From positions 119,908,001 to 119,972,000 of the forward strand of contig OX597817.1 in NCBI GenBank assembly GCA_951406725.2: a stretch of 64,000 bases of DNA, given 5' to 3'. Position numbers and translations under genes: made by a program. This DNA is from Octopus vulgaris. Lineage: Eukaryota. Of this stretch, positions 1 through 13,250 are shown piece by piece (position 1 is the first letter of the stretch; the number at the start of each line of letters is the position of its first letter). The notes beneath the pieces are model-generated. The model saw only the letters and a list, made by a program, of their open reading frames with translations. It was not told the DNA's origin and made no database searches.

Positions 1-687
1 CCATATATAGAATTGGATTGAGCCAAGTGTGAGAAGCATAGGATAGTTGGAAACAATAGAAGCCCATCAAATAGGCTTCCATACCGATTCTTGGGTAGCT
101 AACTATACCCATCATCCAGTTTAGTGCCACCATCAGGCTCTTGAGAGTTTTTAGCAGAATTTATTCTCTTCCAAGCATTCTCTGACCAGATCTTTGGTCT
201 GATGATAGATTACTCTATATTTTCATGATTTAACTTGAAGCAAAATCACAGTGCAAATACAGCTTGCCATTAATCTACAATACACTAAATAAATGAGATA
301 TAAATGTGATTCAAATTTTTGAATAATTGGAATTATACAGATCTCTCTCGTTAATACACACTAATATCAATCCAAGACAGAATTCTAATTTCAAGACCCT
401 TTCATGACATGAAAATACATAAACCTTCAAAAGTTCTAACCATTCCACAAAGCACAAACTGTCCCACTAATATATACTGTTATTCTTTTCCTAATTCCAG
501 TCAGTAGACTGTGGCCATGCTGAGAACCACTATCTTCTATTTCTTCTCCCACTAACATAATTAAAATAACTTCTAAAATAAACTTACTTTCATTCCCATC
601 CAGTACTCTGAGAATCACTTATTAGCCTTTAGTCCATAATAAATTTCTGTCACTACGCAGAAGTCAACCCACTATTATGCATGCACA

Positions 688-721
<34 letters not shown>

Positions 722-1957
722 ATGAGTTGTTTCCAGTTTCTTTCTCCTACCATTATGGCTATAGCCTCGACTCCATTACAACTGCAAACTTTATTATCAC
801 ATACAACTAGTCCTACTCAAATTTCTAGCTAATACTGCACACTTCATTTCTCATATGTCCCTCATTCTAGGCCACCTACAAAACATATTTCAAATTCTTT
901 TTTCCTTACAGCTTCTACTCTTCATCTCATTCACTTGACTCTGGGGTATTTCTGTTTCTCCACTGCATCGAATGCAGAAGTTCAAATTGAAGATTAACTA
1001 CAATACTCACAAGTCTGACAAGCTTGGCAAGAGCCATACGTATTACCCTCCCTTCAATAGATTAGATATTAATGATAAACACACACACATATATACACAT
1101 GCACACACATGTGTGTGTGCACAAATATAAAATAATAGTAGAAATGCTTCATGAAAATTAATATAATTTTTTATATATGTGTGAGTTTAAGAGGTTATAA
1201 TTGAATGAGAAAGAAAGAGACAATATATACACATAGTTCCTGAGTTATAATTTCCTGAAATCTCAGATTACTTAAGATACTTTAGTAGCAAAATAATTCA
1301 TGACTTAACAAGTATTACCAAAGGACAAAATATAGTGATGTTTATATTCTCTAAGGTATATTTAAAACAGATTTTTTATTCATTACTTTTGGTTCACTTA
1401 TAAGTTTTCATAAAGAAATTTTATCAAAGAGTCTAGGATTTACATTATGAAATAATGAACAATAATATTACTTGGCCCAAGTATTTTCTTAATACAAAGA
1501 AATCAAATAATTTTTATGGCATTTTCTTGAAAAGGAAACTTCTAAATTTTTTTTTACTCAAAATTCTGGAGAAAAAAAGAAGAAAAAAACATTAAACAGA
1601 TTCAAAAGAAATATTTGATTTTAAAGAAAAAAAAAATTGTGAACATTACATTGTTGTGAGTTTTGTAATTGCTGAAATTGGAATGTTAACACTCATATAA
1701 ATTAATGAAATATTAAAGAGAATTTTTCATGTAAAAACTACATTTGTGATATAAGTTCACCAGCTTTTTGAAAGTAGAGGTCGCATGAGTAGCTACTTCT
1801 CTACAACACACATATTCCCATACAAACACTCTCACATACTCACACACATAAAGTAATGATGGTCTAAGTAATATGAAAGGAACTTCGAAGCAGAATATGT
1901 GAAACAGAAAATACAGTAATTTTTTAGAAGTAATATTTTAATTAAATATAGAATATA

Positions 1958-2032
1958 TCTTACCATCAACAGAATCGACAGAATTTTAAAGTGTGGTACT
2001 TACCTGAAAAAGAAAGAAAAAAGATGTATTAG
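1958..2032 (-). other. Candidate recursive splice site (ratchet point) with 40-nt cryptic RS-exon
   Basis: Minus strand reads CTAAT (2032-2028)-acat-CTTTTTTCTTTCTTTTT-CAG (2006-2004)|GTAAGTA; second donor ATG|GTAAGA at 1963-1958; the intervening 2003-1964 has stops in all three frames. Confidence 0.65.
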
Positions 2033-2065
2033 TTATCTGTAAACAGCATATATATATATATATTA

Positions 2066-2435
2066 TTTTATTCTTTCATTTGTTTCAGTCATTTGACTGT
2101 GGCCATGCTGGAGCACCACCATTAGTCAAGCAAATAGATCTCAGTACTTATTCTATTGGTATCTTTTGCTGAACCGCTAAGTTGCAGGGATGTAAACACA
2201 CCAGTATCAGTTGTCAAACAATATGAGGGGGATAAACACAGACACACAAACATATACATATATATATATATACAACGGCTTCTTCCAGTTTCCATCTACC
2301 AAATCCACTCACAAGGCTTTAGTCGGCCCAAAGCTATAGTAGAAGACACTTGCCCAAGGTGCCACGCAATGGGACTGAACCTAGAACCATGTGGTTGGTA
2401 AGCAAGTTACTTACCACACAGTCACTCCAGTGCCT
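2066..2435 (-). mobile_element. tRNA-derived SINE family A, near full length
   Basis: Minus strand: A-box-like GTGACTGTGTGGTAAG, B-box GGTTCAGTCCC, CORE-like GCACCTTGGGCAAGTG, internal TA/TG microsatellite, tail GGTGCTCCAGCATGGCCACAGTCAAATGACTGAAAC; about 10 copies in window. Confidence 0.9.
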
Positions 2436-5277
2436 ATACATATATACATATATATTCCAAAAGTACAGCTGTCAAGCAACATTTCAAGGAACCAAATAGA
2501 TGAAACACCTTTAACCTAATGTTCATATATGTATCTGGTTATGCATTTATGATGGTGCATGGGTTGATGAATCCTGTTTATGGTGTTTAGGTATAGGCAT
2601 AGGTTCTTTTATATGCAATGGAAAACACAAATATGCACATAAATTTTCATATATACCTCTACAATATTGTGGATAAGTGCATTATTCAAAGTTCAACACT
2701 CAATGTTTAAATGACTTTGTACATATTGCATAAATAGATCTGCATGTTTATTGAGTGAATAAGGCAAAAAAAGAACGTGTTTTTATGTGTGTGTGTGTGC
2801 ATATGTATGAGAGAGAGTGTAATTTTATGGATGCCAAGTGAATAGATATGTGCATGCATGAAGGGTGCATATACCACTGTAATATGTATGCAATCAAATG
2901 AACAAATACTTGCCCCATGTGAAATTCCATGAACCTTATATCTATTTCTTCTAATTTTCACTTTTCTCTCAATCAGTTCTCTCAACTGAACCTATGTTTT
3001 CCATCTAAATTTGGTAAAACAACTGAGCTTAATATATTGTTCTATAAAGTTTTGTGTATTTTATTGTAATGACACATTCACTCAAGTCCTATTCTTAATA
3101 TCTGTTCACATTTGACTTATACATAGTTAAAAGGAACAACATTCCATTCTACATCCGTCACATTTTAAAACTATAGCAAAATTTTCATACTCAATGATTA
3201 TTTCCTTCATTATATGTAATTCAAATACCATAAATGAGCATTTTATTGATTCCAGAAAAATAGAGGGTGTTTACATTTGGGGTTTTATAAAGAGAATCAG
3301 AAGTAGCATGACTTGAATATTACCAAGAACACTTACCTACTTATCTAGACATGTTAAGCACTTTAAAAAGTCACATTCCGTTGATTGCCAAAGGTTTAAT
3401 CCTATAAACTACATACAATTCATTTAGACCAAAATCTCTTCTTTCCAAAAAGTGAAAAAAAAAAAATAAAAGCTACATGTATTTTCTATGATAGAACAGT
3501 ATTAACACTTTTAATGTTACTCTTCACTTCTGTATATTTTCCCAGTTATATTGTTACCTTTGAAGTAAATATTTTCTCACCTCAGTAGGCCTATTTACAG
3601 ATATCTATTGGTATACGATTCAATCTCACAATATAACTAAACATAATAGAAAAGCAAAACAGATCAATGTAAACAATTTGTGCACACCTCTTTCTGTTTA
3701 CTTTGTTCTTTTAAATTGATTTAAAAAATTAAAAACAGTAAGAAAAAGTAAGCAATATTATATTTTAAATATGTAAGACATATTCTGGTAACTAAGATAA
3801 ACTATTGTTCTTAAATAATAATGTTATGTTAGAATGTGGAAATTTGCACAAAAATAAAACTTAAAATCAGCAAAAGTGCTTCTTTTTTGTTAATAGTGTT
3901 AAAGTAAATATGCTCATTTTACACAGACACACACACACACACATGTATAATCACTAAGTACTTCCAGAATAATATGTTTTTCCCCGAGAGAAGATTTTTC
4001 CAAAATAACTATGTTTTAGTAAAGGTTTGAAAGTTAGCTCTGATGAAAGTAAACTTTAAAATGCACTTCTTTTTTTATTATTTTATTTTCAATCAGTGAA
4101 GTTGTCTTATAATGGCCAAACATTGATTGATTTTGCATAAGCAACTCCATTTTTGTATCATGACATAATTTTTTTCTACTAACAAAATATACAAAATGCA
4201 ACATTTTTTTCTATTTTCTGCTTGAGTTTTTAATCCATTAGAGAGAGCAATGAAGGAAAATACTACACACTAATAAATAAAAGAAGTAAAAGATGTCAAG
4301 AGACATTTACTGTATTGATGTCATAGTAACATTTTCCCTGAAATGAAATTCTTTGGCAAGATGAAAAACTATAATAGCAATTTATGTAACTCTGAAGGAA
4401 AATGTGATTTTTTTTTTTTTTATGTTTAATTTTCTCATGTTGACAAGAGTTGGGCAGATTTGAAATTTGAATATTTTCTTCTTGCAAAAATATGTTTTAT
4501 GACCTTAATCGCTTCTATGCATTAACCCTTTTAGTTTTTTACAAATTTCATGAGTTTGCCTCTCGTATTATGATACAAAACCTCTCACTTTAAAGTATAT
4601 ATATTCATAATGCATGTATATCTATTCATATGTATGTATATATATTCATATTTAAATATCTCATTATAATATTATTTATTATGTGGTGTCAAAATATTCA
4701 TTGTGCAAACTGTGACCTGGTCTCTGTAAAGGTTACACTGGATCTTAGTGTTTGTGTAACATGTATCCTCCACACAGCAATAATGTTAGTTTCAACACAT
4801 GGTCTTCAGTCAAATCCCTTGCCTGGCCAGCACACCTTTCATAATAATATTTTAAAAGAACCTATCTAGTTAGGTAACAACTTAAGTCCCAAACACCAAA
4901 CTGATGATGCAAAAACTAGTTATCTTTAATAAATCCCCACAATTTTTGATAACTTTCACAATTAATTGAAACATATGGGCCAAAGGTTTCTCAGACATTT
5001 TATCACAAGAGAGTTAAGCAATCCATCATTACATGATGGACTACATACTTTCTTATGAAGAAATTTTATCTAATTGAATATTTTTAGTGTATATCTTTTA
5101 ACATATCACCCATTAATTTTTAAAATCAAATTTATACCATTAGTCCATTTGAATTAAATCCCTGAACTCATACAATTTTTTTTGACATGTGCAAAATACA
5201 AACAAAAGTCTCCATAACTCTTTTTTCTATACATAAATTTCTTCAAATGATAAAGAATGAGAAGACTATGTAAATGT

Positions 5278-5309
<32 letters not shown>

Positions 5310-5347
5310 ACAGTAAGCAGTAAGGAAGTCCAGATTTAATGGGTTGA

Positions 5348-5376
5348 ATAATAATAATAATGATAATAACAATAAC

Positions 5377-5407
<31 letters not shown>

Positions 5408-5755
5408 GCCCTGATGCAGTACCAGGCAGTGGCTCTCATGGCTTCTGATCTTAACTGATTAGCAGTGTTATCATGTACATTGTTTTGTCTTGGTGTAAAA
5501 GATGGGCTACAGCAAATATTCTGCTCAATACCACAGATTTGCTTGTCAGTTGTTTGACCATAACCAGTTGACCATGTCCCTTAGTGGCTGATGATATGTG
5601 CATCTCTGACCATGAGAAGAAGTAGTGGGGGAGCACCATTACCGTGTGTTGAAAGGAATTGTTAGAGGTTTGGATAATTCACCTTTGGAAATATGGGTGG
5701 TTTGTTCAACATCCTTAAACAATCCTTATTCAGGGACCTTTTGAGCAGGATAGGT
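5348..5755 (-). mobile_element. Probable retroelement 3' end abutting an (AAT)n tract
   Basis: Higher-GC block that begins abruptly after (AAT)n 5348-5404; same layout as the R4/Dong copy at 59735; no coding motif recognised. Confidence 0.45.
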
Positions 5756-6029
5756 TTGAACATCTGTGAGTACAAAATCTTCCCCTGTATGGAAGACCAG
5801 TCCACTGTAAGGTTAACCACTCCATCCCAGCTATTGCTAGTATACCAGTGAAATGAATTGTTTTGATTAATACTATCCAGTCCTAGAATCGCACACTAAC
5901 ATTTGGGTCCAAAATCAAAAGTATTATATATGCCATGAGCTTTCTCATACTATTCACTCATATATTCTACACTTAATCTATCACCCCACCCAATCTCACT
6001 GTTTTTAAGTTTCCTTTTCTCTGCCCTTT

Positions 6030-6525
6030 AGGTGCAGGCATGGCTGTGTTGTTAAGGAGCTCATTTTGCAACTATGTGGTTTTCGATTCAGTCTCCTGCA
6101 ACTATGTGGTTTTCGATTCAGTCTCCCTATGTGGCACCCAGGGTAAGTATCTTTTACAAAAGCCCCAGGTCAAACAATAGCTTGTCAGTGGATTTGGTAA
6201 ATAGAAATTGTGTGGAAGCCTGTTGTGTGTGTATATATTACTTATAGCTTAATGTGTGTGCTTTGAGATGTTCCAAAATAGTATTACTCCATATATCTGT
6301 GTGTGCATGTGTGTGTGTGCATTTGTGCGTGGTGTGTGTGTGTGCATGTAGGCCTTTGTGTTTATTCTACTCCCCTACTGCTCGTCTACATCCCCAAAAC
6401 TTAGTAGTTCAGCAAAAGAGACTGGTAGGACATAGAATATGTGTAGTACTGGAGTCGATATATACAACTAGACTCTTGAAGGTGGTGCTCCAGTATGGCC
6501 AGAGTCCTATGACTGCAACAATAAA
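6030..6525 (+). mobile_element. SINE family A, diverged, with 30-bp internal tandem duplication
   Basis: Head GGTGCAGGCATGGCTGTGTTGTTAAG, tail GGTGGTGCTCCAGTATGGCC; duplication 6067-6096/6097-6126. Confidence 0.85.
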
Positions 6526-6539
6526 CTACTTCCTTCCAC

Positions 6540-7110
6540 CCTCTATTTTAACCTGTCTTACCATTCTACTCTTCCCCTCTCGTCACCAAGATGATACAAT
6601 ATTTTGATACAGTTAAATACACTGCACTTAACATATTTCTTATTTTACATTTTCTCTTTCCTAATTCCTTGTTTCTCTCTCCCATTCCCACCACCACCTC
6701 CAGTTTTAGTTTTGCTTCCCTCAATTCTTCCTTCTTGCATTCGTTCCTCACCTACATTCTCTTTTTCTCTCTTCTTTTTTTCCTTATTTCCCTACCTTCT
6801 TTCTTCACACATATCTTACTCCCCTTTTTCACGCCTTATTTAATCCCTTCTTTTCATATCACATCCTCTTTCCGCTTACTTTTGTTTTCCCTATTTCTCC
6901 TAGTATATTCTTTCTCCCTACTTCCTACATTTACTTTTATTTCCTTTCTCTATTTTCTTCTCTCTTTCCACCACACCCACTTTCATTACATCCTTTTCTA
7001 TCCATTTCCTTTTCTTACAACCCTCTGGCTACACATACACCTCTGCCTCTCTATTTCATTTCTTCTTTATTACAGCCAATCTAACCACACCACTATTTTT
7101 GCCTAAATCA
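6540..7110. repeat. Pyrimidine-rich (CT) low-complexity tract
   Basis: Plus strand strongly C/T-biased; explains the F/L/S-rich 171-aa ORF. Confidence 0.8.
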
Positions 7111-7309
7111 CTTGCCACATGCATTTCTTTATTCATCTATTTATCTATTTTGATGTCAAAAATTTTTTATTAGCCTTGCTTTCATTCAATGTTTAATGAT
7201 ATTGGCAGTTAAATGTGAAATGTTGTTTTTAAAAGTGGCAACATGAAACACCAAAACAAAAAAAAACAAAATACCGTAAACACAATTCTACTACTGTTGC
7301 TATATGCAT

Positions 7310-7378
7310 GTTATATACATATATGCACACATGCACATATACTCACACATATATACACACACATATATATATACATAC

Positions 7379-7417
<39 letters not shown>

Positions 7418-7488
7418 CAGACATATATGTACATATATATATACACATGTACATACTTATTTACATATACATATAACATGTGTTTGTG

Positions 7489-7538
<50 letters not shown>

Positions 7539-7558
7539 TACTCATACACATATACATA
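7310..7558. repeat. Compound (TA)/(CA) microsatellite
   Basis: Direct inspection. Confidence 0.95.
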
Positions 7559-7762
7559 CTTCAATGGCTGCAGGCATTGGAGTCTGATGAGTCGCCTATA
7601 AGGCTAAGAATTTTATGGATGTAAAACAATTGCTTAGTCTATGACTAGACATATAATTAACCTCCTGTAAATACACTGCTGGTCTAACTTTTAAGAGTGT
7701 GCTTCTTTTTCGGATGTATAATACCCTGACAATATAAGTATATACATATATATATATATATA

Positions 7763-7930
7763 CAAGAATCTTCGCGGACAAAATGGGGCAGTGCTTTCCA
7801 AAAGAGAGAAGATCACCTTTCTCCATGTGATCAGTTTCAAAAATTGTTAAGACATTAGGAAATTTCAGAACGTTGGAGTCCTCATTCACATAATCACCGG
7901 ATCTGGAGCGTGGTTATAGTCTGTCCATAG
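7763..7930 (+). mobile_element. Possible highly decayed mariner transposase remnant
   Basis: Translates to KREKITFLH and, after frameshifts, PHS..SPDL..Y, resembling mariner FLHDN and PHPPYSPDLAPSDY. Confidence 0.3.
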
Positions 7931-8100
7931 CACTTACTCAGCATTGCCTGACACCTTTGGGTCTTCTTGACACCATTACCTCTCATAACCTCAATATATG
8001 TAAATGTACATGTGTGTGTATATATATATATGTGTGTGTGTGTATATATATGTGTGTGTGTGTGTGTGAGTGTGTGTATGTGTGTGTATAAATATATTAG

Positions 8101-8392
8101 ATAAGGACCCAATATTGCAACAGTTTGGATTTCAGTGGACCACAATTGTTTGACAGCCTGCCAAGGAACTTCAGGAGTTTGTGAAATGTAGATATGGAAA
8201 CCTTCAAAAAGAACCAGGAAAAATTTCTATCTGAAATCAGAGATGAACCCACATGCTACAGGAGTACAAAGAAGAGCAGCTCTATTCAACATGCTTCTTT
8301 CACCCCAAACAGTACAGAAAAGAGACCTCAAAACACTGAAAGGCAGTGCTCTAGGATGGTCCAAACCTTTGACTGAAGCCAGTAAAAGATAA
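8101..8392 (+). mobile_element. CR1-clade LINE 3' end (ORF2 C-terminus plus tail)
   Basis: [49 protein letters not shown] matches the CR1-type C-terminus GPRLFNSLP...FKxxLDxFL..IPDEP. Confidence 0.75.
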
Positions 8393-8394
8393 AG

Positions 8395-8585
<191 letters not shown>

Positions 8586-8587
8586 TA

Positions 8588-9368
8588 CAGAGTGCGATGG
8601 GTAAATTGCCATTATTTTATATTTTTTATTTCATGCACATACATTGTTTGATTTTGATCATGTTCACTACACAGTATAGTAGGATCAGTTGGGCACGATC
8701 TGCGAGGAAAACAGCACCATGATGCAATACACTCAGCTAGCAATTTGAAAATGACATGCTGTACAGCTTGGCATTCATGCCAGAAGCTCCAATACAAACA
8801 TTTCAGAGTATTTGTGTGGTGATCTGAGGACATGTAAGAGAGTGATAAAAATCAGTCGACATCATGGTGTATAGAGTGAACACAAGCATTATGTCTCCAT
8901 CCAATGGACACACATTCAACACGGAAGCCTATATCAAGTGCTTGGAGGACGTAATCTTGCCCTAGGTCAAGAGGGTGGTTACTGGAAGATCCAATGTCTA
9001 GCAACAGGACTCTGCACCATGCCACACAAGCAGGATTACCCAGTCATGGCTGTCAGATAATTTCTGCGACCACATCAGCCCTAACATATGGCCACCTAAC
9101 TCCCTAGACTGCAACCTCCTTGTAACACCAAAGATGAACTGAAGTCAAGGATTATTGGCAGTATTCCCCAACTTAAACAAGGAGTTGCAGGAGATCCCAA
9201 AGTCATCTGGAAGCCGTGGTTGAAGCCAATAGCAATTTTATTGAATAAATTTACTTTTTAGTATTTCAAGACATAATTACATAGTTTTGGTAAATATATC
9301 TGTTAAAATGGGATGTCAGTGTTATTTTCATTTTTATGTAATTTGGACGACAGTTTATTCACCACACC

Positions 9369-9371
<3 letters not shown>
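8588..9371 (+). mobile_element. Internally deleted Tc1/mariner-superfamily element, maT/DD37D-like
   Basis: TA-flanked TIRs CAGAGTGCGATGGGTAAATTGCC / CAGGGTGTGGTGAATAAACTGTC (16/23, all transitions); transposase remnant 8915-9248 QQDSAPCHTSRITQSWLSDNFCDHISPNIWPPNSLDCNLL...HLEAVVEANSNFIE*. Confidence 0.85.
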
Positions 9372-9449
<78 letters not shown>

Positions 9450-9450
9450 G
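9372..9450. repeat. (TA)n(GA)n microsatellite
   Basis: Direct inspection. Confidence 0.95.
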
Positions 9451-9871
9451 AATTATGTGGAAAAACAAATTAGATACATCAAATATATTAAATTTGGGAA
9501 ATGTATTATATATATTTGGGTATGAAATGCATAGTGTGTGTATATATGTAAATATGCAAAATGAGAAAAAGGAAAAGGTGGAGACTTCCTCTCATTTTGC
9601 ATGTAAACATATATACATATTTTGCATTTCATACCCAACTTAATATATCAAATATTTTTAATATATTTTATATATTTGTTGTACCCACCTTGTTTATCTG
9701 AATAATTGCCTCTATACCCGTTCAGCTTAATCCTTCTTATGGCCTTTCTTTACCACCTGGAATGCCCCACCCACCACATAAATACATCGACATGTAAATT
9801 TGAATTTTTTGAGCATTACTAAGTGTTTTCAATACAGAAAATCTCTGGATCTCATCTATGAACTATACTTA

Positions 9872-9920
<49 letters not shown>

Positions 9921-10091
9921 AAATATGAAGGGTTTAGTTCACTGGTGATCTAAACAAATTGGTATGCTAGGTAAGTGCTATAAATGGTCATCCGTTTGGT
10001 TCCAAGTTCACAAATAATTTAAGTAGACTGTGGTTTAGCACTGTGGGTGTATATATATATATATATACATACCACTTCACACCGAAAATGC

Positions 10092-10133
<42 letters not shown>

Positions 10134-10231
10134 ATATATATATATATCCATGCATCCACACATACATAAATACATATATACATAAAAACATACATACATG
10201 CATAAGGACATACATTATACATACACATGCA

Positions 10232-10265
<34 letters not shown>

Positions 10266-10297
10266 TACGTACGTACCTACGTACGTACTTACGTATC

Positions 10298-10460
10298 TTT
10301 TGCATTACTTTCAGACATTGGATTACAGCCATGCTGGGGCACTGCCTTGATCAATTATAGAATTTTAGTTAAATTCTATTACTTTGCTGAACCTCTGAGT
10401 TATGGGGCTGTATCACACCAACACCAGATGTCAAGTGGTGATGGGAGACAAACCCATACA
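10298..10460 (-). mobile_element. SINE family A, 3' fragment
   Basis: CAGCCATGCTGGGGCACTGCC and TTTGCTGAACC...CACACCAACACC match other copies. Confidence 0.7.
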
Positions 10461-11588
10461 CACGTGTGTGTGTGTGTGTTATACACTAACAAATACACAC
10501 ATACACACACAATTAAACAGACATTCTCATGTGTACAAACATATATTAATGTATATATATTAATAACACATCAGCAATTATTTTATAGTAAAATTCTCAA
10601 AGCTAATATAATTATTTCTCAGCAGAGCTGTATGTTGCCTCAGACAAAATTATAAGGAATATTAACAAACCAAATATAACACAATTTATTAATAATATAT
10701 ATTTTTCATTAATTATATTGTGTCAAGAATTTGCTTTATATTATTCAATATTATATTAACAAACAAGTTTACTAAGTTAATATCAATTTCTATTTAAGTT
10801 TCCATAGGTAATTTTGACTGAAACACTTACAGTAACACATATTTGTCAAGAAAAACGTATTAAATTTCTACTACCAATCATTTTCCCGACCCTATCATGT
10901 GATTATTTTTACCAATGCTTTGTATTTATCTAATTTTCTCTTTATATTTAATATAAATGGTAATGATAGAGATTTAATTCCATGAAACAGGATTATGTGG
11001 TCTTGGAAACAACTAAAATGATGACAGGGAAAAAAAAATATATATGATATTTTTCTAATATCTAAGACTGAAGTTTCTAATAATAATATAAAGAAAAAGA
11101 AACAAATAAAGCCTTAAGTATTATAACTTGAAAAAAATATATTTGGATGACGTCCATCAAAGAAGTTTATATGAATGATATATGAAAATGAAATATTGTA
11201 ATGCATGTCTGACATACTACTTTAAAATGCACACATGAGGTACAGAAGAAATAAGTTATTTAGAGTTTGTTTGATGCATACACATCAAAAACTAATATAT
11301 ATATAAAAAAAAATTCCATATTATATATTCTTTTTCAAAACAAAAGCATCTAGACCAATAAAAATTGAGTGACAAACATATATTGGAAAAAAAAAACAGA
11401 GAAAGAAAAAAACCTGAAATATTAGAAGTCTATTTGATTAAATATGTATGAGTACTTCTGATTAACACACCAGATGCATGCAAAGTGGTGAAAAGATAAA
11501 TTATAGATGCAATGTTTTATACTGCAGTATTTATTAGTGTGTGTGTGTGTGTGTGCATACACACACACGTGTATATATACCCCTTATG

Positions 11589-11620
<32 letters not shown>

Positions 11621-11648
11621 CATAAGGGTATATATACACGTGTGTGTG

Positions 11649-11683
<35 letters not shown>

Positions 11684-11871
11684 AGATAGATAGACAGACA
11701 GAGATATGCACATACATATACACACAAATAACTCTCTCTCAATATATATTTGTATTTATTTATATTTATAAATGTATGTGTGTGTATGTATATATATATA
11801 TATAGTCTTATATATATTCACATATACATATATACATATATATATATACACACAAAACACATACATACCTA

Positions 11872-11907
<36 letters not shown>

Positions 11908-12159
11908 ATGCATGCACCCACACACACACCATTCATCAGGAACAATATTTCTAATGAAATGACTTACACATCACATTCAGCTAAATTAATTTAATGACTA
12001 CAGTTAATTATATTATTATTATATTGTTTACAATGTTTTCACATAGGTCATGAAAACAATTGTTGAACAGAACAAATGAAACTTTTGGAACTTCATTGAG
12101 ATTGCTTGTCTCCTAGTAGTCCAAATATTCAGCTCAGAACATGCAATATCATAATTGCT

Positions 12160-12305
12160 AGGTGTTAGGAAGGGCATCCAGCTGTAGAAACTCTGCCAGA
12201 TCAGATCGGAGTCAGGTGCAGTCATCTGGTTCGCCAGACCTCAGTCAAATTGTCCAACCCATGCTAGCATGGAAAGCGGACATTAAACGACGACGATGAT
12301 GATGA
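12160..12305 (+). mobile_element. RTE-type 3' end with (GAT)n tail (family E)
   Basis: GTTAGGAAGGGCATCCAGCTGTAGAAAC...CCAACCCATGCTAGCATGGAAAGCGGACATTAAACGACGACGATGAT, repeated elsewhere in window. Confidence 0.85.
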
Positions 12306-13250
12306 TTGCATTGAAGAAATAACACATTGGAATTTAATGACATGTTAAAGAACTGAGATCTTGATTTTTCAGGATATAATTTTTTCCTAGTGCATAAAAC
12401 ATATCCCAATCATGTCTATTTAGCAAGGGGACAACTAGAAAGGTAGAGGTTTATCAATATTCTACAATGTGCTGAACGGAATCAGAAGGTGTTCAGGATT
12501 GCAAGACAGTGTATCCGAGAAAATCAAGACGTTGCAGAAGGAAAGCTTTTACAGATGGATAATGGTACACTTTCAATTTTTGAGTCTGGAAAGAACGAGA
12601 TATAGAAGAGCAATGTATGAAAAGCTATTAAATGTGGAAACTGCACCAGAGAAAGAGAGTCATTCTAATGTGAACCAGACAGAGGGAGCAACCATTCTAG
12701 TTCACAGTTGTATAATGCATAATGCAATAAAAGACATGCAGTAAGGAATAGCCACTGGTCCATTAGGAATTAGTGCTGAGAAGCCTTAATATCTGGTGGA
12801 GTAGAAAAGCTGTATGTATACAAATCCCATAAAATGTACCCAGGCTCAAACAGGTGTGTGTGTGTATATATATATATATACGTATGTATGTGCATGGATA
12901 TACATATACATACACATATATACCTGTAAGCACGCATGTGTGTATATATGTGTGAGCATGGATATACCTACACATACATATATATACATGTCCATGTGTG
13001 TGTATGCATATGTATTTATGCATACACACGGCGGTGCATCAGCATGGCCGCAGCTCTGAGCTGAAACTAAAATATATATATATATATATATATACCACAA
13101 TTTAGGTTAGCTGAAATGTGTTTGTCACATATTTCAACTGTTAAAGGCAACTACACAGTGGTTACTGTGGAGAAAAAAAAAATCTCTCTTATGGTAAAAG
13201 GTGTGAAAACACCCAGTTCATCCAGTGTCGCCATCTCTTGGGAATCTCAG

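Noticed and set aside
3331-3340. Minus-strand TAG|GTAAGT (similar at about 38497 and TTAG|GTAAGG at about 62085)
   Set aside because: No polypyrimidine tract upstream, so not credible ratchet points
6591-7106. 171-aa hydrophobic ORF resembling a membrane protein
   Set aside because: By-product of a CT-rich low-complexity tract
7559-7612. Hairpin followed by CTGATGA-GTCGCC..GGC, hammerhead-like
   Set aside because: Stem II is broken and the GAAA and stem III elements are missing
12469-12744. 91-aa ORF with LSLERTRY, CR1-like
   Set aside because: Similarity too weak to call by eye
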